Positions 19,298 through 28,707 of a stretch of 64,000 bases of DNA are shown one piece after another. How positions within the stretch are numbered: position 1 is the first letter of the stretch; the number at the start of each line of letters is the position of its first letter. Origin of the DNA: Chloroflexota bacterium (lineage in GTDB: Bacteria; Chloroflexota; Anaerolineae; Aggregatilineales; Phototrophicaceae); assembly GCA_011525385.1 (NCBI GenBank), contig WTGF01000121.1, forward strand, positions 492 to 64,491, read 5' to 3'. The position numbers were made by a program, and so were the translations under genes. The notes beneath the pieces were generated by a model that saw nothing but the letters and a program-made list of their open reading frames with translations, was not told where the DNA came from and searched no databases.

Positions 19298-19312
19298 ACA
19301 AGGAGAAACCAG

Positions 19313-20200
19313 ATGGTAACAACACCGGAAGAGCAGGCAAATATCAAGACCGCAGATCTGATGCGCCTGGCGGATTGGGGGGAGGTCAAGCGCTACGACG
19401 ATATCACCTATCACAAGGCGGATGGAATCGCGCGCATCGCCTTTGATCGTCCCAACCTGCGCAACGCCTTTCGACCCAAGACTATCGACGAAATGACGGA
19501 AGCCGTGCTGCATGCCTGGCACGACGGCGAAGTCGGCGTCCTGTGGATCACGGCCAACGGTCCCAGTAGCAAAGACGGCATCTGGTCATTTTGCGCCGGC
19601 GGCGACCAAAAGGTGCGCGGGCACTCCGGCTATGTCGGCGACGATGGCGTGCCGCGGCTCAACGTCCTGCAATTGCAGCGTTACATCCGCAATATTCCCA
19701 AGCCGGTTATCGCCGTGGTGCCGGGCTTCGCTATCGGCGGCGGGCACGTCTTGCATGTCTGCTGCGATTTGACTATTTCCAGCGATAACGCGATCTACGG
19801 CCAGACCGGACCCATCGTCGGCAGCTTTGACGCCGGTTTCGGCTCGTCCTTTCTGGCGGCGCATGTCGGGCAGAAGAAAGCGCGAGAGATCTGGTTCCTC
19901 TGCCGTCAATACAGCGCCGAGCAAGCTCAAGAGATGGGTATGGTCAATACCGTCGTGCCGCTGGCGGAACTGGAACGGGAAGCGCTGCAGTGGTCGCGGG
20001 AAATACTGAGCAAGAGTCCGTTGGCGCTGCGTTTCATCAAAGCCGGATTGAACGCCGAGCTTGACGGTCAGACTGGCGTGCAGGTTCTGGCGGGCGACGC
20101 CACCATGCTCTTCTATATGACCGAAGAGGGAAGCGAAGGCAAAAATGCTTTCCTCGAAGGGCGCAAGCCGGACTTCAGCAAGTTTCCGCGCCGGGCCTAA
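19313..20200 (+). CDS. menB: 1,4-dihydroxy-2-naphthoyl-CoA synthase
   Basis: Crotonase fold with MenB-typical [16 protein letters not shown] 7 nt upstream. Confidence 0.93.
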   Translation: MVTTPEEQANIKTADLMRLADWGEVKRYDDITYHKADGIARIAFDRPNLRNAFRPKTIDEMTEAVLHAWHDGEVGVLWITANGPSSKDGIWSFCAGGDQKVRGHSGYVGDDGVPRLNVLQLQRYIRNIPKPVIAVVPGFAIGGGHVLHVCCDLTISSDNAIYGQTGPIVGSFDAGFGSSFLAAHVGQKKAREIWFLCRQYSAEQAQEMGMVNTVVPLAELEREALQWSREILSKSPLALRFIKAGLNAELDGQTGVQVLAGDATMLFYMTEEGSEGKNAFLEGRKPDFSKFPRRA

Positions 20201-20224
20201 GTGGGCTCTGCCTTGGGATAGCCT

Positions 20225-21721
20225 ATGGCCGATATCGAATCCGGGGCGAATACCGATTGGCTGAGCGCGCGCCTTCGCGCCACGCCGCATAAAGCTTTCC
20301 TTCATGTCGAAGCCGAAACATACAGCTTCGCCGATATGGATCGCTTGGCGCGCGCCACGGCCGCATTCATCAAAGGGCGCGCTCATGTAGGCGCGGGCGA
20401 TCATGTGGCGCTGTTCATGAGAAATGGCCCCGCATCGGTTTTCAGCCTGCTGGCATTGATGCGCCTCGGCGCGGTGATCGTGCCTTTGAATACTCGCCTG
20501 AACGCTGAGGATCTCAAGTGGCAGGTTAAGAACAGCGGCTGTCGTCTCTTGATCTGCGAGCGCGAGGGCGAGGCGACTGCCCGCGGCGTCGCCGACGCCG
20601 TGCTGGTCTTTCCCGGTGCCGCCAATTTGACGGAGGCAGACGATGCGGATGCGCCCGATGTTCCAAGAGACTTTGACCTCAAGCGCGACTTCGCAATCAT
20701 TCACACTTCGGGTACGAGCGGACGTCCCAAGGCTGCGGTTCTGACATACAACAACATATTCCAGAGCGCGCTCGGCTCGGCTTTTCGATTGGGCCTGCTG
20801 CCCGACGATCGCTGGCTCTGCGTCTTGCCGACGTATCACGTCGGCGGATTGAGCATCATCCTGCGCTCATTGCTTTACGGTACTGCCGTTGAACTGTCAC
20901 CCATGAAGCGTTTTGATGTGGATGCGGTGAATCGGCTGCTGGCCGAGCGACCGATTTCGCTGATATCGCTGGTGCCGACGATGTTGTCGCGCCTGCTGGA
21001 TGCGAAGACGCGACCGTGGAATCCACGACTCCGACTCGTCTTGCTGGGTGGGGAAACCACGCCGGCGGCGCTGGTAGCGCGCTGCGTCGCGGAGGGTATC
21101 CCAATCGCCCCCAGTTATGGATTGAGCGAGGCGGCATCGCAGGTTGCGACGGCGACACCTAACCTGTTGGATGCCAAACCTGAAAGCGTCGGCAAGCCGT
21201 TGCTGTTCACGGAATTGCGGGTGCTTGACGAACGCGGCGACGACAGAGCGCCGGGCGAGCCGGGCGAAATCATCGTCAAAGGACCCCAAGTCATGCGCGG
21301 CTACTACAATGATTCGGCAGCCACGGAAAGAGCTCTGCGGGCTGGCTGGTTGCATACGGGCGATATCGGCTACCTCGATCAGGATGGCGATCTGGTCGTC
21401 CTGCAACGTCGTGACGATCTAATCCTCAGTGGTGGCGAAAATATCTATCCGGCTGAAGTGGAGAAGACCCTGCGAGAGCATCCAGCCATCGAAGAAGCGA
21501 TAGCCCTCGGTCTGGAGGATGCCAAATGGGGACAAAAGGTCGCAGCGGCGATTCAACTGAGGGACGGGCGCGACCTTTCCGAAGATGCAATTATCGCTTT
21601 TGCTCGCGGCATGCTGGCTTCGTACAAGATCCCGCGAGAGATCCGTTTCATCAGCGCCTTCCCGCGCACATCGTCAGGCAAGATACAGCGGCGGGAAGTG
21701 CGGAAACTCTTCAATGACTAG
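20225..21721 (+). CDS. menE: o-succinylbenzoate--CoA ligase
   Basis: AMP-binding motif IIHTSGTSGRPKAAV. Sits between menB and menH. Confidence 0.88.
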   Translation: MADIESGANTDWLSARLRATPHKAFLHVEAETYSFADMDRLARATAAFIKGRAHVGAGDHVALFMRNGPASVFSLLALMRLGAVIVPLNTRLNAEDLKWQVKNSGCRLLICEREGEATARGVADAVLVFPGAANLTEADDADAPDVPRDFDLKRDFAIIHTSGTSGRPKAAVLTYNNIFQSALGSAFRLGLLPDDRWLCVLPTYHVGGLSIILRSLLYGTAVELSPMKRFDVDAVNRLLAERPISLISLVPTMLSRLLDAKTRPWNPRLRLVLLGGETTPAALVARCVAEGIPIAPSYGLSEAASQVATATPNLLDAKPESVGKPLLFTELRVLDERGDDRAPGEPGEIIVKGPQVMRGYYNDSAATERALRAGWLHTGDIGYLDQDGDLVVLQRRDDLILSGGENIYPAEVEKTLREHPAIEEAIALGLEDAKWGQKVAAAIQLRDGRDLSEDAIIAFARGMLASYKIPREIRFISAFPRTSSGKIQRREVRKLFND

Positions 21722-22532
21722 CGGCGGGTTACATGTCAACGGTCATCATTACGACCTGAAAATCAGCGGACAGGGCCAAGCCCTTCTGCTCTTGCATGGA
21801 TTCGGCGGCGAGAAAAGCATGTGGGCTGAGCTGAGAGCCGGATTGGATAGCGAGTACCGGGTCATCGCCATCGATATCTTAGGTCATGGCGCCAGTGATA
21901 AACCGGCACAGGTCTGCGCTTATCACATGGAGCGCGTTTCCTGCGATATCGTATCCCTGCTCGATGAGTTGCGTATCCCGGAGTGTCATTTGCTGGGTTA
22001 CTCAATGGGCGGGCGGCTGGCGCTGTACCTGGCAATGGGCTACCCGGCGCGCTTCCGCAGCTTGATCCTGGAAAGCGCCTCGCCAGGATTGGCCGACGAC
22101 GTCGAGCGCGAGGGACGCCGTCGCCAAGACGGAGCCTTGGCGGAGCGTATCGAGACGATGGGCACCGCCTGGTTCGTGGACTATTGGGAGAGACTGCCGC
22201 TTTGGAAATCGCAGGGCAAGTTGTCCGAAGATATCCTGTCAGCGCAACGGAAACAGCGCTTGGGCAACAGCGCTACAGGACTGGCCAATAGCCTGCGCGG
22301 CATGGGCAGCGGCGCGCAGCCTAACCTGTGGCCGCGCCTGGAGCAAATGATGATGCCCGCGCTCTTGCTAGTCGGGGAGCGGGACAGCAAGTTCGTCGCC
22401 ATCAATCAGCTGATGGCTCGGCAGATGCCCCGCGCCGATTTGCGGTTGATTCCGGATGCCGGGCACAATATCCATCTCGAGCGACCGCGGGTATTCCAAG
22501 AGCAGGTCAATTCATTCCTGCCGGGCCTCTAA
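21714..22532 (+). CDS. menH: 2-succinyl-6-hydroxy-2,4-cyclohexadiene-1-carboxylate synthase (alpha/beta hydrolase)
   Basis: GYSMGGR nucleophile elbow. Start set to ATG 21714, overlapping the menE stop by 8 nt (ATGACTAG). The track start 21585 lies inside menE. Confidence 0.82.
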   Translation: MTSGGLHVNGHHYDLKISGQGQALLLLHGFGGEKSMWAELRAGLDSEYRVIAIDILGHGASDKPAQVCAYHMERVSCDIVSLLDELRIPECHLLGYSMGGRLALYLAMGYPARFRSLILESASPGLADDVEREGRRRQDGALAERIETMGTAWFVDYWERLPLWKSQGKLSEDILSAQRKQRLGNSATGLANSLRGMGSGAQPNLWPRLEQMMMPALLLVGERDSKFVAINQLMARQMPRADLRLIPDAGHNIHLERPRVFQEQVNSFLPGL

Positions 22533-23396
22533 CGCGACAAGAGCCCGCGTTACGAACCATTCATATTGCGCCCTCATGCGCGCGATCTTGTCCTCCTCCG
22601 CTGACCAACTGGCAAAATGCGCCAATCGCAGCGCTCCCCAAAGATCCCAGAAGGGCAAAGAACTGTAATGCAGACCGGGATGCAGCGCTTTGTAGGCGCT
22701 CGTGTAGAGATCCATCGCTGCCTCGCCAAGCGCCCAAAGCATTTCCAGGCGACTCTTGCCCAGGTCCCCCAGCGAGTCGCCGAGCATGGCGTCCTCCCAG
22801 TCGATGATCGCCGCCAGTTGATCGGCGCGCCAAAGCAAATTGCCGAGCCAGAAGTCGCCGTGCAGCAAGACCGCGTCGTTGAATCGAATGCGCGACCGGG
22901 CTGCCCTCATGGCCGCGCGGATGCCAAAGGCGTCTTCCGTCGTTTCACGCATGTGCTCTGCGATCGCTGCGCCTTGAGAAGGCAAAAACGAAAGATCATG
23001 TTGGTCAATATCGAATCGGTGGATATTGCTCAGAATCCGCGCCAACTGATCGCAATATGCGGGAAGATCACTGGGCGCAAAGCGGGTTGCACCCTCGACG
23101 AATTCGGTGATCAGGAACGGGATCTCCGGGCTGGCATCGACGAGAAGCGGCCTGGGCACGGCTAGCCCGGCGCTTGACAGGATCTTCAACAATCTGAACT
23201 CATCACGAGCGATATCGGGATTGACTTGCCGATCGCGGGCGCTGTGTCCCAGCAAGATCAAGCGACGAGGCCTGCCGTGATCCCCGAGTATTTCAAGTTT
23301 GGCGACGCGCGGACTTAAGCGCTGCGCGTCGATCAGTTCCCAACCACGGTTGACCGTGGCGAGGGTTTTCTGCATCTGCTGGATTGAAAAATGCAT
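22512..23396 (-). CDS. phosphotransferase family protein (APH / choline kinase-like fold)
   Basis: Catalytic-loop LLHGDFWLGNLLW and IDWEDAMLGD motifs. Start set to ATG 23396 because the track start 23414 is TTG. Its 3' end overlaps the menH 3' end by 21 nt. Confidence 0.78.
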   Translation of the reverse strand: MHFSIQQMQKTLATVNRGWELIDAQRLSPRVAKLEILGDHGRPRRLILLGHSARDRQVNPDIARDEFRLLKILSSAGLAVPRPLLVDASPEIPFLITEFVEGATRFAPSDLPAYCDQLARILSNIHRFDIDQHDLSFLPSQGAAIAEHMRETTEDAFGIRAAMRAARSRIRFNDAVLLHGDFWLGNLLWRADQLAAIIDWEDAMLGDSLGDLGKSRLEMLWALGEAAMDLYTSAYKALHPGLHYSSLPFWDLWGALRLAHFASWSAEEDKIARMRAQYEWFVTRALVALEARQE

Positions 23397-23474
23397 GACA
23401 CGGGATTGTAGCAAGGAAGATCGGACGCGGCAAAACGGTGCTGGTTCTGTATCGCAGTCGATTGAATTAGGAAA

Positions 23475-23550
23475 TGTAGGGGCGGGCTATTAGCTCGCCC
23501 GTCGACAGAAGCGCCCTGCGTTTCGGGCGACCTGGTAGGTCGCCCCTACA
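23475..23550. repeat. GC-rich nested hairpin element (GGGCGAC family)
   Basis: Outer inverted repeat TGTAGGGGCG (23475-23484) / CGCCCCTACA (23541-23550). Inner perfect hairpin GGGCGACCT-GGT-AGGTCGCCC (23525-23545). Confidence 0.7.
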
Positions 23551-23554
23551 TCGC

Positions 23555-24823
23555 CTACTTAGATCTGGGCTGCGTTTCTGACGGGCTGCTTGTCCCGGCA
23601 AGCTGCCAGGCCGCGGGCAAATAGACGATGCCGCGGTTTTCCGTCCGCTGCATGACTTCGCTATCGCCGGTCACCAGGAAGGACAGCGCGAACGATATCG
23701 AATCGATCACGGGTCCGGCGACTTCCCGGGCGACGATGTCGATCCAGTATTCGCCCGGCAACAGATTAACATTTTCAATCGTGCATTGCAGCATGGCATC
23801 TTCGTGAAGCGCCAGGCTGGCGCGCTCGGCGCTGGGTATGTCCACAAAACTCAGGATCGTGCCAGCAGGATCGAGAATGCGCAGGGAAAAGCGATAATTG
23901 CTTGTCGGCTCGTGGACTTTCAGCTTCAGGTTGAAAAGGACGGAATCGCCGGTATGGAAGCTGGTGATAACTCGGCCGCTGTCGACGTCGCGCATGGTGA
24001 TATCCGCCACGCGAAAGCTGCCGGTGCCTTCGCGCAGTTCCGCGGCCGGCACCTCGGCGCTGGCGAAGATCTTGGACTTGTCGATGGCTTGCTGGAAGTA
24101 GGCGGTCAGGATATCGCTGGGGGAACCGGCGGCGGTGACCCGCCCCTCGCGCAGGTAAATGGCGCGGTCACAGATGCGCTCGATGTTGTAGGGATTATGC
24201 GTGACAAAAATCACGGTCACCCCGCTGTTTGAGAGTTCGTCCATGCGCGTCAGGCATTTCTTCTGGAAGTTGACATCCCCCACCGAAAGCACCTCGTCAA
24301 TCAAGAGGATATCGGCGTCAACATTGACCGCGACGCTGAAACCGAGACGGGCTTGCATGCCGCTGGAATACTGGTAGACAGGTTTGTCCAGCCATTCTCC
24401 CAACTCGGCGAAAAATTCGATTTCGGGCATCTTGGCATCCATTTGCGCCGCGGTAAAACCCATGATGGCGCCCAGCAGCTTGATATTCTCCCGTCCGGTC
24501 AAGTCGCGATGCATGCCGGCCGCCAATTCGATCATCGGGAAGAGTCGCCCATTAATCTCGACTCGCCCATGTGTGACCGGGCTGACGCCCGCCAGCAACT
24601 TGAGCAAGGTACTCTTTCCCGCCCCGTTTTTGCCGACGATGCCCAGCGACTCGCCCGGTTCGACTTGGAAGGAGATGTCTTGCAATGCCCAGGGACCGTA
24701 GGCCGCGAAGCCGTTTTCCCCCCGTCCCGCCAGTTGATCAAACTGTCGGCGCAGGTACGGGCGCAGCGGCAAGCCGTAACGTTTCCATACATCTTCGACG
24801 TGTATGGCTACATCTTTGGGCAT
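23555..24823 (-). CDS. ABC transporter ATP-binding protein, glycan/teichoic-acid export type (Wzt/TagH-like)
   Basis: Walker A GKNGAGKST, signature YSSGMQARL, Walker B ILLIDE. A C-terminal extension of about 170 aa follows the ATPase core. Adjacent to an ABC-2 permease. Confidence 0.88.
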   Translation of the reverse strand: MPKDVAIHVEDVWKRYGLPLRPYLRRQFDQLAGRGENGFAAYGPWALQDISFQVEPGESLGIVGKNGAGKSTLLKLLAGVSPVTHGRVEINGRLFPMIELAAGMHRDLTGRENIKLLGAIMGFTAAQMDAKMPEIEFFAELGEWLDKPVYQYSSGMQARLGFSVAVNVDADILLIDEVLSVGDVNFQKKCLTRMDELSNSGVTVIFVTHNPYNIERICDRAIYLREGRVTAAGSPSDILTAYFQQAIDKSKIFASAEVPAAELREGTGSFRVADITMRDVDSGRVITSFHTGDSVLFNLKLKVHEPTSNYRFSLRILDPAGTILSFVDIPSAERASLALHEDAMLQCTIENVNLLPGEYWIDIVAREVAGPVIDSISFALSFLVTGDSEVMQRTENRGIVYLPAAWQLAGTSSPSETQPRSK

Positions 24824-24880
24824 CTCGATTCATCCTTTGTCTGTCAGGCGCGAACAAGACATCTCGGATGCCGACCTTCG

Positions 24881-25687
24881 TTACAGAACATCGGCAAAGT
24901 ACTGCGACAAGACCTGGAAGAGCGGGAATGCGACCAGCAGAATCAACAACGTGACAACCAGGCTGATGAGCAGCGACTCGGGATCGGGCGGCTGCCCGAA
25001 GATTAACACTCTGCGGAAACCATCAATGATACCGACCGTCGGATTGAGCCGGTAGACAATTTGCAGATTGCTCGCCAGCTCTTTAGAGGAATAAATCACC
25101 GGCGTCAGAAATAACCAGACTTGCATGAAATACTGCAAGCCATGCAGCATGTCGCGCCGGTAGACGGTGAAGGCCGCGATGCCGATGCCGACGCCCCAAG
25201 CCAGCAAGCTTACCATCCCCACCAGCGCCGGCAGCCAAAGCCAAGCCCAGGTAACCGGCATCTGATACAGCAGCAAGGCGACGAAGAGCACGATCGACGA
25301 CATGACGAAGTCGAAGAAGGTGGTTGCCAGGACGACCAGCGGAAAAATGAAACGCGGGACGGCCATTTTTCGCAATAAGGTGCCATTGGCCAAAATGCCA
25401 AAGGGAATGCGGATGACCGATGTTTGAAAATAGGTCCAGGGTACGGTGGCGGCGAAGACAAAGACCAGATGTGGCGCGCCTTCGGTATCGATCTCGACCA
25501 CCCGGTGCAAGAAACTGAAGATGGCTGTCGTCAAAATGGCGGGAATGATCGCCCAGAGCGGACCCAGGATCGTCCGGCGATAGCGCGCCCGTATATCGCG
25601 GCTGACCAGAGAGAGGAACAGATTCCAGTAACTGCGCCACTTGAGGGCGCGATTAGCCGACGCCGTGGTATTGGACCAATGACTCAT
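24881..25687 (-). CDS. ABC-2 type transporter permease (Wzm/TagG-like)
   Basis: 268-aa protein with about six hydrophobic segments, directly upstream of the Wzt-like ATPase. Confidence 0.85.
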   Translation of the reverse strand: MSHWSNTTASANRALKWRSYWNLFLSLVSRDIRARYRRTILGPLWAIIPAILTTAIFSFLHRVVEIDTEGAPHLVFVFAATVPWTYFQTSVIRIPFGILANGTLLRKMAVPRFIFPLVVLATTFFDFVMSSIVLFVALLLYQMPVTWAWLWLPALVGMVSLLAWGVGIGIAAFTVYRRDMLHGLQYFMQVWLFLTPVIYSSKELASNLQIVYRLNPTVGIIDGFRRVLIFGQPPDPESLLISLVVTLLILLVAFPLFQVLSQYFADVL

Positions 25688-25781
25688 GTCCGGAAATGGC
25701 TTTCCTGCGCGTAATCAGAGGCGCTATTATCGCCGCAACAGCCTAAAGATAAAGTGCGGAAACGGCTTGACCATATACACC

Positions 25782-26666
25782 TTATGGTACTCGATTTATC
25801 AAAGCGCGCTGCTCGGCATGGACGCCGCGTAGCAACCCTGTCATCTCCCGCAGCACGCTCTCGTGACTGGCTGATTCACCGCTCAGGGGGCGGCCGAAAT
25901 GCAGTCTGATGACCGGATCGCGATAAAAGGGGAACATCATCTGGAAGGTCGCCGCCAGAAAATGGCGTTTGTCTCTGTCTCGGTATTGACGGACGACGGG
26001 ATTGCGCAGCGCCCGGCGCGAGATCACCCCGCCAACCGCGCAGGGCAAGATCGTCAGATCCGGCACCTGGCGCGCGAAAAACTCGATGCTGCGCGACCAT
26101 TCCGCCAGCGAAGCCAGGGCGGGTTCGAGAGCGAGCGCGGGATCATCCTCGATCTCCCCGCGTGGATAGATCAAGAGCGATTTGCCCTTTCGCAAATGGC
26201 GCAGGGAGGCGCGCATGGCCGAATAGGGCGCGCGCTTGTCGACGAGGATGACATGGCGACGCATCTCTCCCAGGCCGGGCAAGATGCCGAAGTCAAAAGC
26301 CAGGACTTTGGTATCGCGGCGGGGCGATGCCGACAGCAGCGCAAAGGCGTCGCCCAAGCCGGCGTGATTGCCCACAATCAAGACTGGTCCGGATGTCGGC
26401 ACGTTCTCGGCGCCCTGGACGTGCATGGAACGCGCCGCGATCTCGACCAGCCAGCGACTGGCGTCCCGCAGGTGGCCGTCGCGGGCGATCATGGCTTCCA
26501 TTTTCATGCCGAGCCGCGTCAACTCCAGAACGAAGGGCGCGCAGAGCAGGTGCAGGGCGGCGTTGAGCGCGGGATGGCTGAGGCAGAAGGCTTCCACGAC
26601 GGATGCGCTCATGGCGCGGTAGAGGCGAAAGAAACGGTGTTGGAGGATGGCAGAAAGGTTGGGCAT
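25782..26666 (-). CDS. lysophospholipid / 1-acyl-sn-glycerol-3-phosphate acyltransferase family protein
   Basis: HX4D motif VGNHAGLGD and a later YPRGEIEDD block. ATG 26666 preferred over the TTG track start 26738, but the start is uncertain. Confidence 0.75.
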   Translation of the reverse strand: MPNLSAILQHRFFRLYRAMSASVVEAFCLSHPALNAALHLLCAPFVLELTRLGMKMEAMIARDGHLRDASRWLVEIAARSMHVQGAENVPTSGPVLIVGNHAGLGDAFALLSASPRRDTKVLAFDFGILPGLGEMRRHVILVDKRAPYSAMRASLRHLRKGKSLLIYPRGEIEDDPALALEPALASLAEWSRSIEFFARQVPDLTILPCAVGGVISRRALRNPVVRQYRDRDKRHFLAATFQMMFPFYRDPVIRLHFGRPLSGESASHESVLREMTGLLRGVHAEQRALINRVP

Positions 26667-26804
26667 GAGTTGGCCGTAATGGCGGGCAGTGTGGCTCAAG
26701 GATAGAGGGTTGGTGGAGGAAATTGTAGGGGGGAGCAACCATGTCTCTATCCTGGGGCCATATTGAGTGACTGCGGAAACCTGTAAGAGCAGACGCGAGT
26801 AATC

Positions 26805-27008
26805 GTGGGGTCTTTTGTCAGCGGGCTAACCGGCAAGAAGACAAATGTGGAGTTCAAGAAAACAGATGTTGAGCCTGACCTGCCCGAATCCTGCCAGCCG
26901 GAGATTCCCAGTGGTTGGCAGTTCGACGATGCGACCGGCGAGTGGACCAAAACCACTGAATGCAATTGTCGATTCGAGGAAATGAAACGAGAAGCAAACT
27001 TGCTCTAA
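26805..27008 (+). CDS. small hypothetical protein (67 aa)
   Basis: GTG-initiated ORF in a lower-GC intergenic patch. Three Cys in the C-terminal half (ESCQP, ECNC). No recognised family, so coding status is uncertain. Confidence 0.3.
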   Translation: MGSFVSGLTGKKTNVEFKKTDVEPDLPESCQPEIPSGWQFDDATGEWTKTTECNCRFEEMKREANLL

Positions 27009-27022
27009 TCAGTCAGGCCAAA

Positions 27023-27053
27023 TCTCTGTGTCTCGGTGCCTCTGTGGTGAATC
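27023..27053 (+). repeat. Solo right-arm copy of the TGTGGTGAA repeat family
   Basis: TCTCTGTGTCTCGGTGCCTCTGTGGTGAATC, abutting the stop codon (27054-27056) of the minus-strand ATPase gene. Confidence 0.6.
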
Positions 27054-28625
27054 TTAGGCACCCCGTCCCGCCATCGCGACAGGCGACGTCCCACCCGTCA
27101 TCAACAGACCCAGATGCTCAATATCCACATTCTCGTTCTCGACCTCTCCCACGATCTGGCCCTCGTACATCACCAAAATCCGGTCGGAGAGGGCGCGGAT
27201 TTCGTCCAGGTCCTCGCTGATGAGCAAGATCGCCGTGCCATTGTCGCGCTCGTCCAACAAGCGCTGATGGATATACTCGGTCGCGCCGATATCGACGCCG
27301 CGCGTCGGCTGCGCCGCGATCAGCACGCCGGGCGCGCGCGATAGCTCCCGCGCCAGCACCAATTTCTGTATATTGCCGCCGGACAGGCTCTTGACCAGCG
27401 TTTCGGTGCCGGGCGTTTTGATCTCGTAAATCTTAATGGCTTGGCGGCAGGCCTCGCGGATCACCCGGAAGAGCATGAAGATCTTGGCGGTCGTGAACTT
27501 GGGATGGCCGTGATCTTGCAAGACATAGTTTTCGGCCACGCTGAATTCCTTGATCACGCCGTCGATCATGCGCTCCTCGGGGATGTAGGACAGTCCCATG
27601 GCGTTCAGTTGCGAGGGGGGCGCGTTAGTGACGTCCACCCCGTCGACCACCACTTTGCCGGCGGTGGCTTCTCGCAAGCCCGTGATGCACTGCGCCAACT
27701 CTTGCTGCCCATTTCCGGAAACGCCGGCCACGCCCACGATCTCGCCCCCGCGCAGCCGCAATGAGACATCGTCCAAGCCAACTGTGCCGCGGTTGCTAAG
27801 GGCGCTGACGCCGTCGAGTACCAGGCGGTCGCCCTGGACACTGACGTCGTTTTTCTCGTATTCGAGCAAGACCGGGCGCCCGACCATCATCTCCGCCAGC
27901 TTGGGTCGGGTGGCTTCGCTGGTGGGAATGGAGTTGACGCGCCTGCCGTCGCGCAAGACGGTGACGCGGTGGCTGATCTCCAGCACCTCGTGCAATTTAT
28001 GCGAGATGAATACCAGCGCGTGTCCATCGTCGGCCAGTTGATTGAGGATGCGGAACAAGCCGTCCACCTCCTGCGGCGTGAGCACGGCGGTCGGTTCGTC
28101 CAGGATGAGCAAAGCCGCGCCTTTGTAAAGCGCTCGCAGGATCTCGACCCGCTGTTGTTCGCCGACGGCCAATTGCCAAATCGGCAGATCCGGGTTGACC
28201 TTGAGGTTGTAGATCTCCGACAGTTCTATCACGCGCCGGCTGACCACATCGAGGTCGAGGCGCGCCCCGCGCGATGACTTCATGCCCAGCGCGATATTCT
28301 CGGCAACGGTCAAGGAGGGGACCAGCATGAAATGCTGGTGGATCATGCCGATGCCGTGCCCGATGGCGTCTTGCGGGTTGCTGATGGTCGTTTCCGCGCC
28401 GTTGATCAGGATCTGCCCCTCGTCCGGATGGTATAGGCCATAGAGCATTTTCATCAACGTGGACTTGCCCGCGCCATTCTCCCCCAGCAAGGCGTGGATC
28501 TCGCCGGATTTGACATCAAAGTCGATTTTGTCGGCCGCCAGGACGCCGGGAAAGCGCTTGACGATGCCGATCATATCCAGTTTATCGATGGGCTGGTGCC
28601 CAGTCGGCAGCAGGTTTTTGGTCAT
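27054..28625 (-). CDS. ABC transporter ATP-binding protein with two fused ATPase domains (BMP/nucleoside-sugar type)
   Basis: Domain 1: GENGAGKST, LAVGEQQRVEI, LLILDEPT. Domain 2: GVSGNGQQEL, LSGGNIQKLVLAREL, LLISEDLDE. Start moved to ATG 28625 (MTKNLL...). Confidence 0.9.
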   Translation of the reverse strand: MTKNLLPTGHQPIDKLDMIGIVKRFPGVLAADKIDFDVKSGEIHALLGENGAGKSTLMKMLYGLYHPDEGQILINGAETTISNPQDAIGHGIGMIHQHFMLVPSLTVAENIALGMKSSRGARLDLDVVSRRVIELSEIYNLKVNPDLPIWQLAVGEQQRVEILRALYKGAALLILDEPTAVLTPQEVDGLFRILNQLADDGHALVFISHKLHEVLEISHRVTVLRDGRRVNSIPTSEATRPKLAEMMVGRPVLLEYEKNDVSVQGDRLVLDGVSALSNRGTVGLDDVSLRLRGGEIVGVAGVSGNGQQELAQCITGLREATAGKVVVDGVDVTNAPPSQLNAMGLSYIPEERMIDGVIKEFSVAENYVLQDHGHPKFTTAKIFMLFRVIREACRQAIKIYEIKTPGTETLVKSLSGGNIQKLVLARELSRAPGVLIAAQPTRGVDIGATEYIHQRLLDERDNGTAILLISEDLDEIRALSDRILVMYEGQIVGEVENENVDIEHLGLLMTGGTSPVAMAGRGA

Positions 28626-28707
28626 TGGTTTTGACTCGTGCCGATAGGTGAAGCGGGGCGACCCGGCGGGCCGCCCCGGCAATCTCTAATTCTGACAGGC
28701 AGAGGGT

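Noticed and set aside
19374-19386. GATTGGGGGGAGG in menB, resembling the reverse complement of the element core
   Set aside because: It is a single short match with no partner tract. It encodes DWGEVK in a region that looks like a normal MenB N-terminus.
19586-20839. 417-aa minus-strand ORF spanning menB and menE
   Set aside because: It crosses a gene boundary antisense to two recognisable men genes. Its composition is typical of GC-rich shadow frames.
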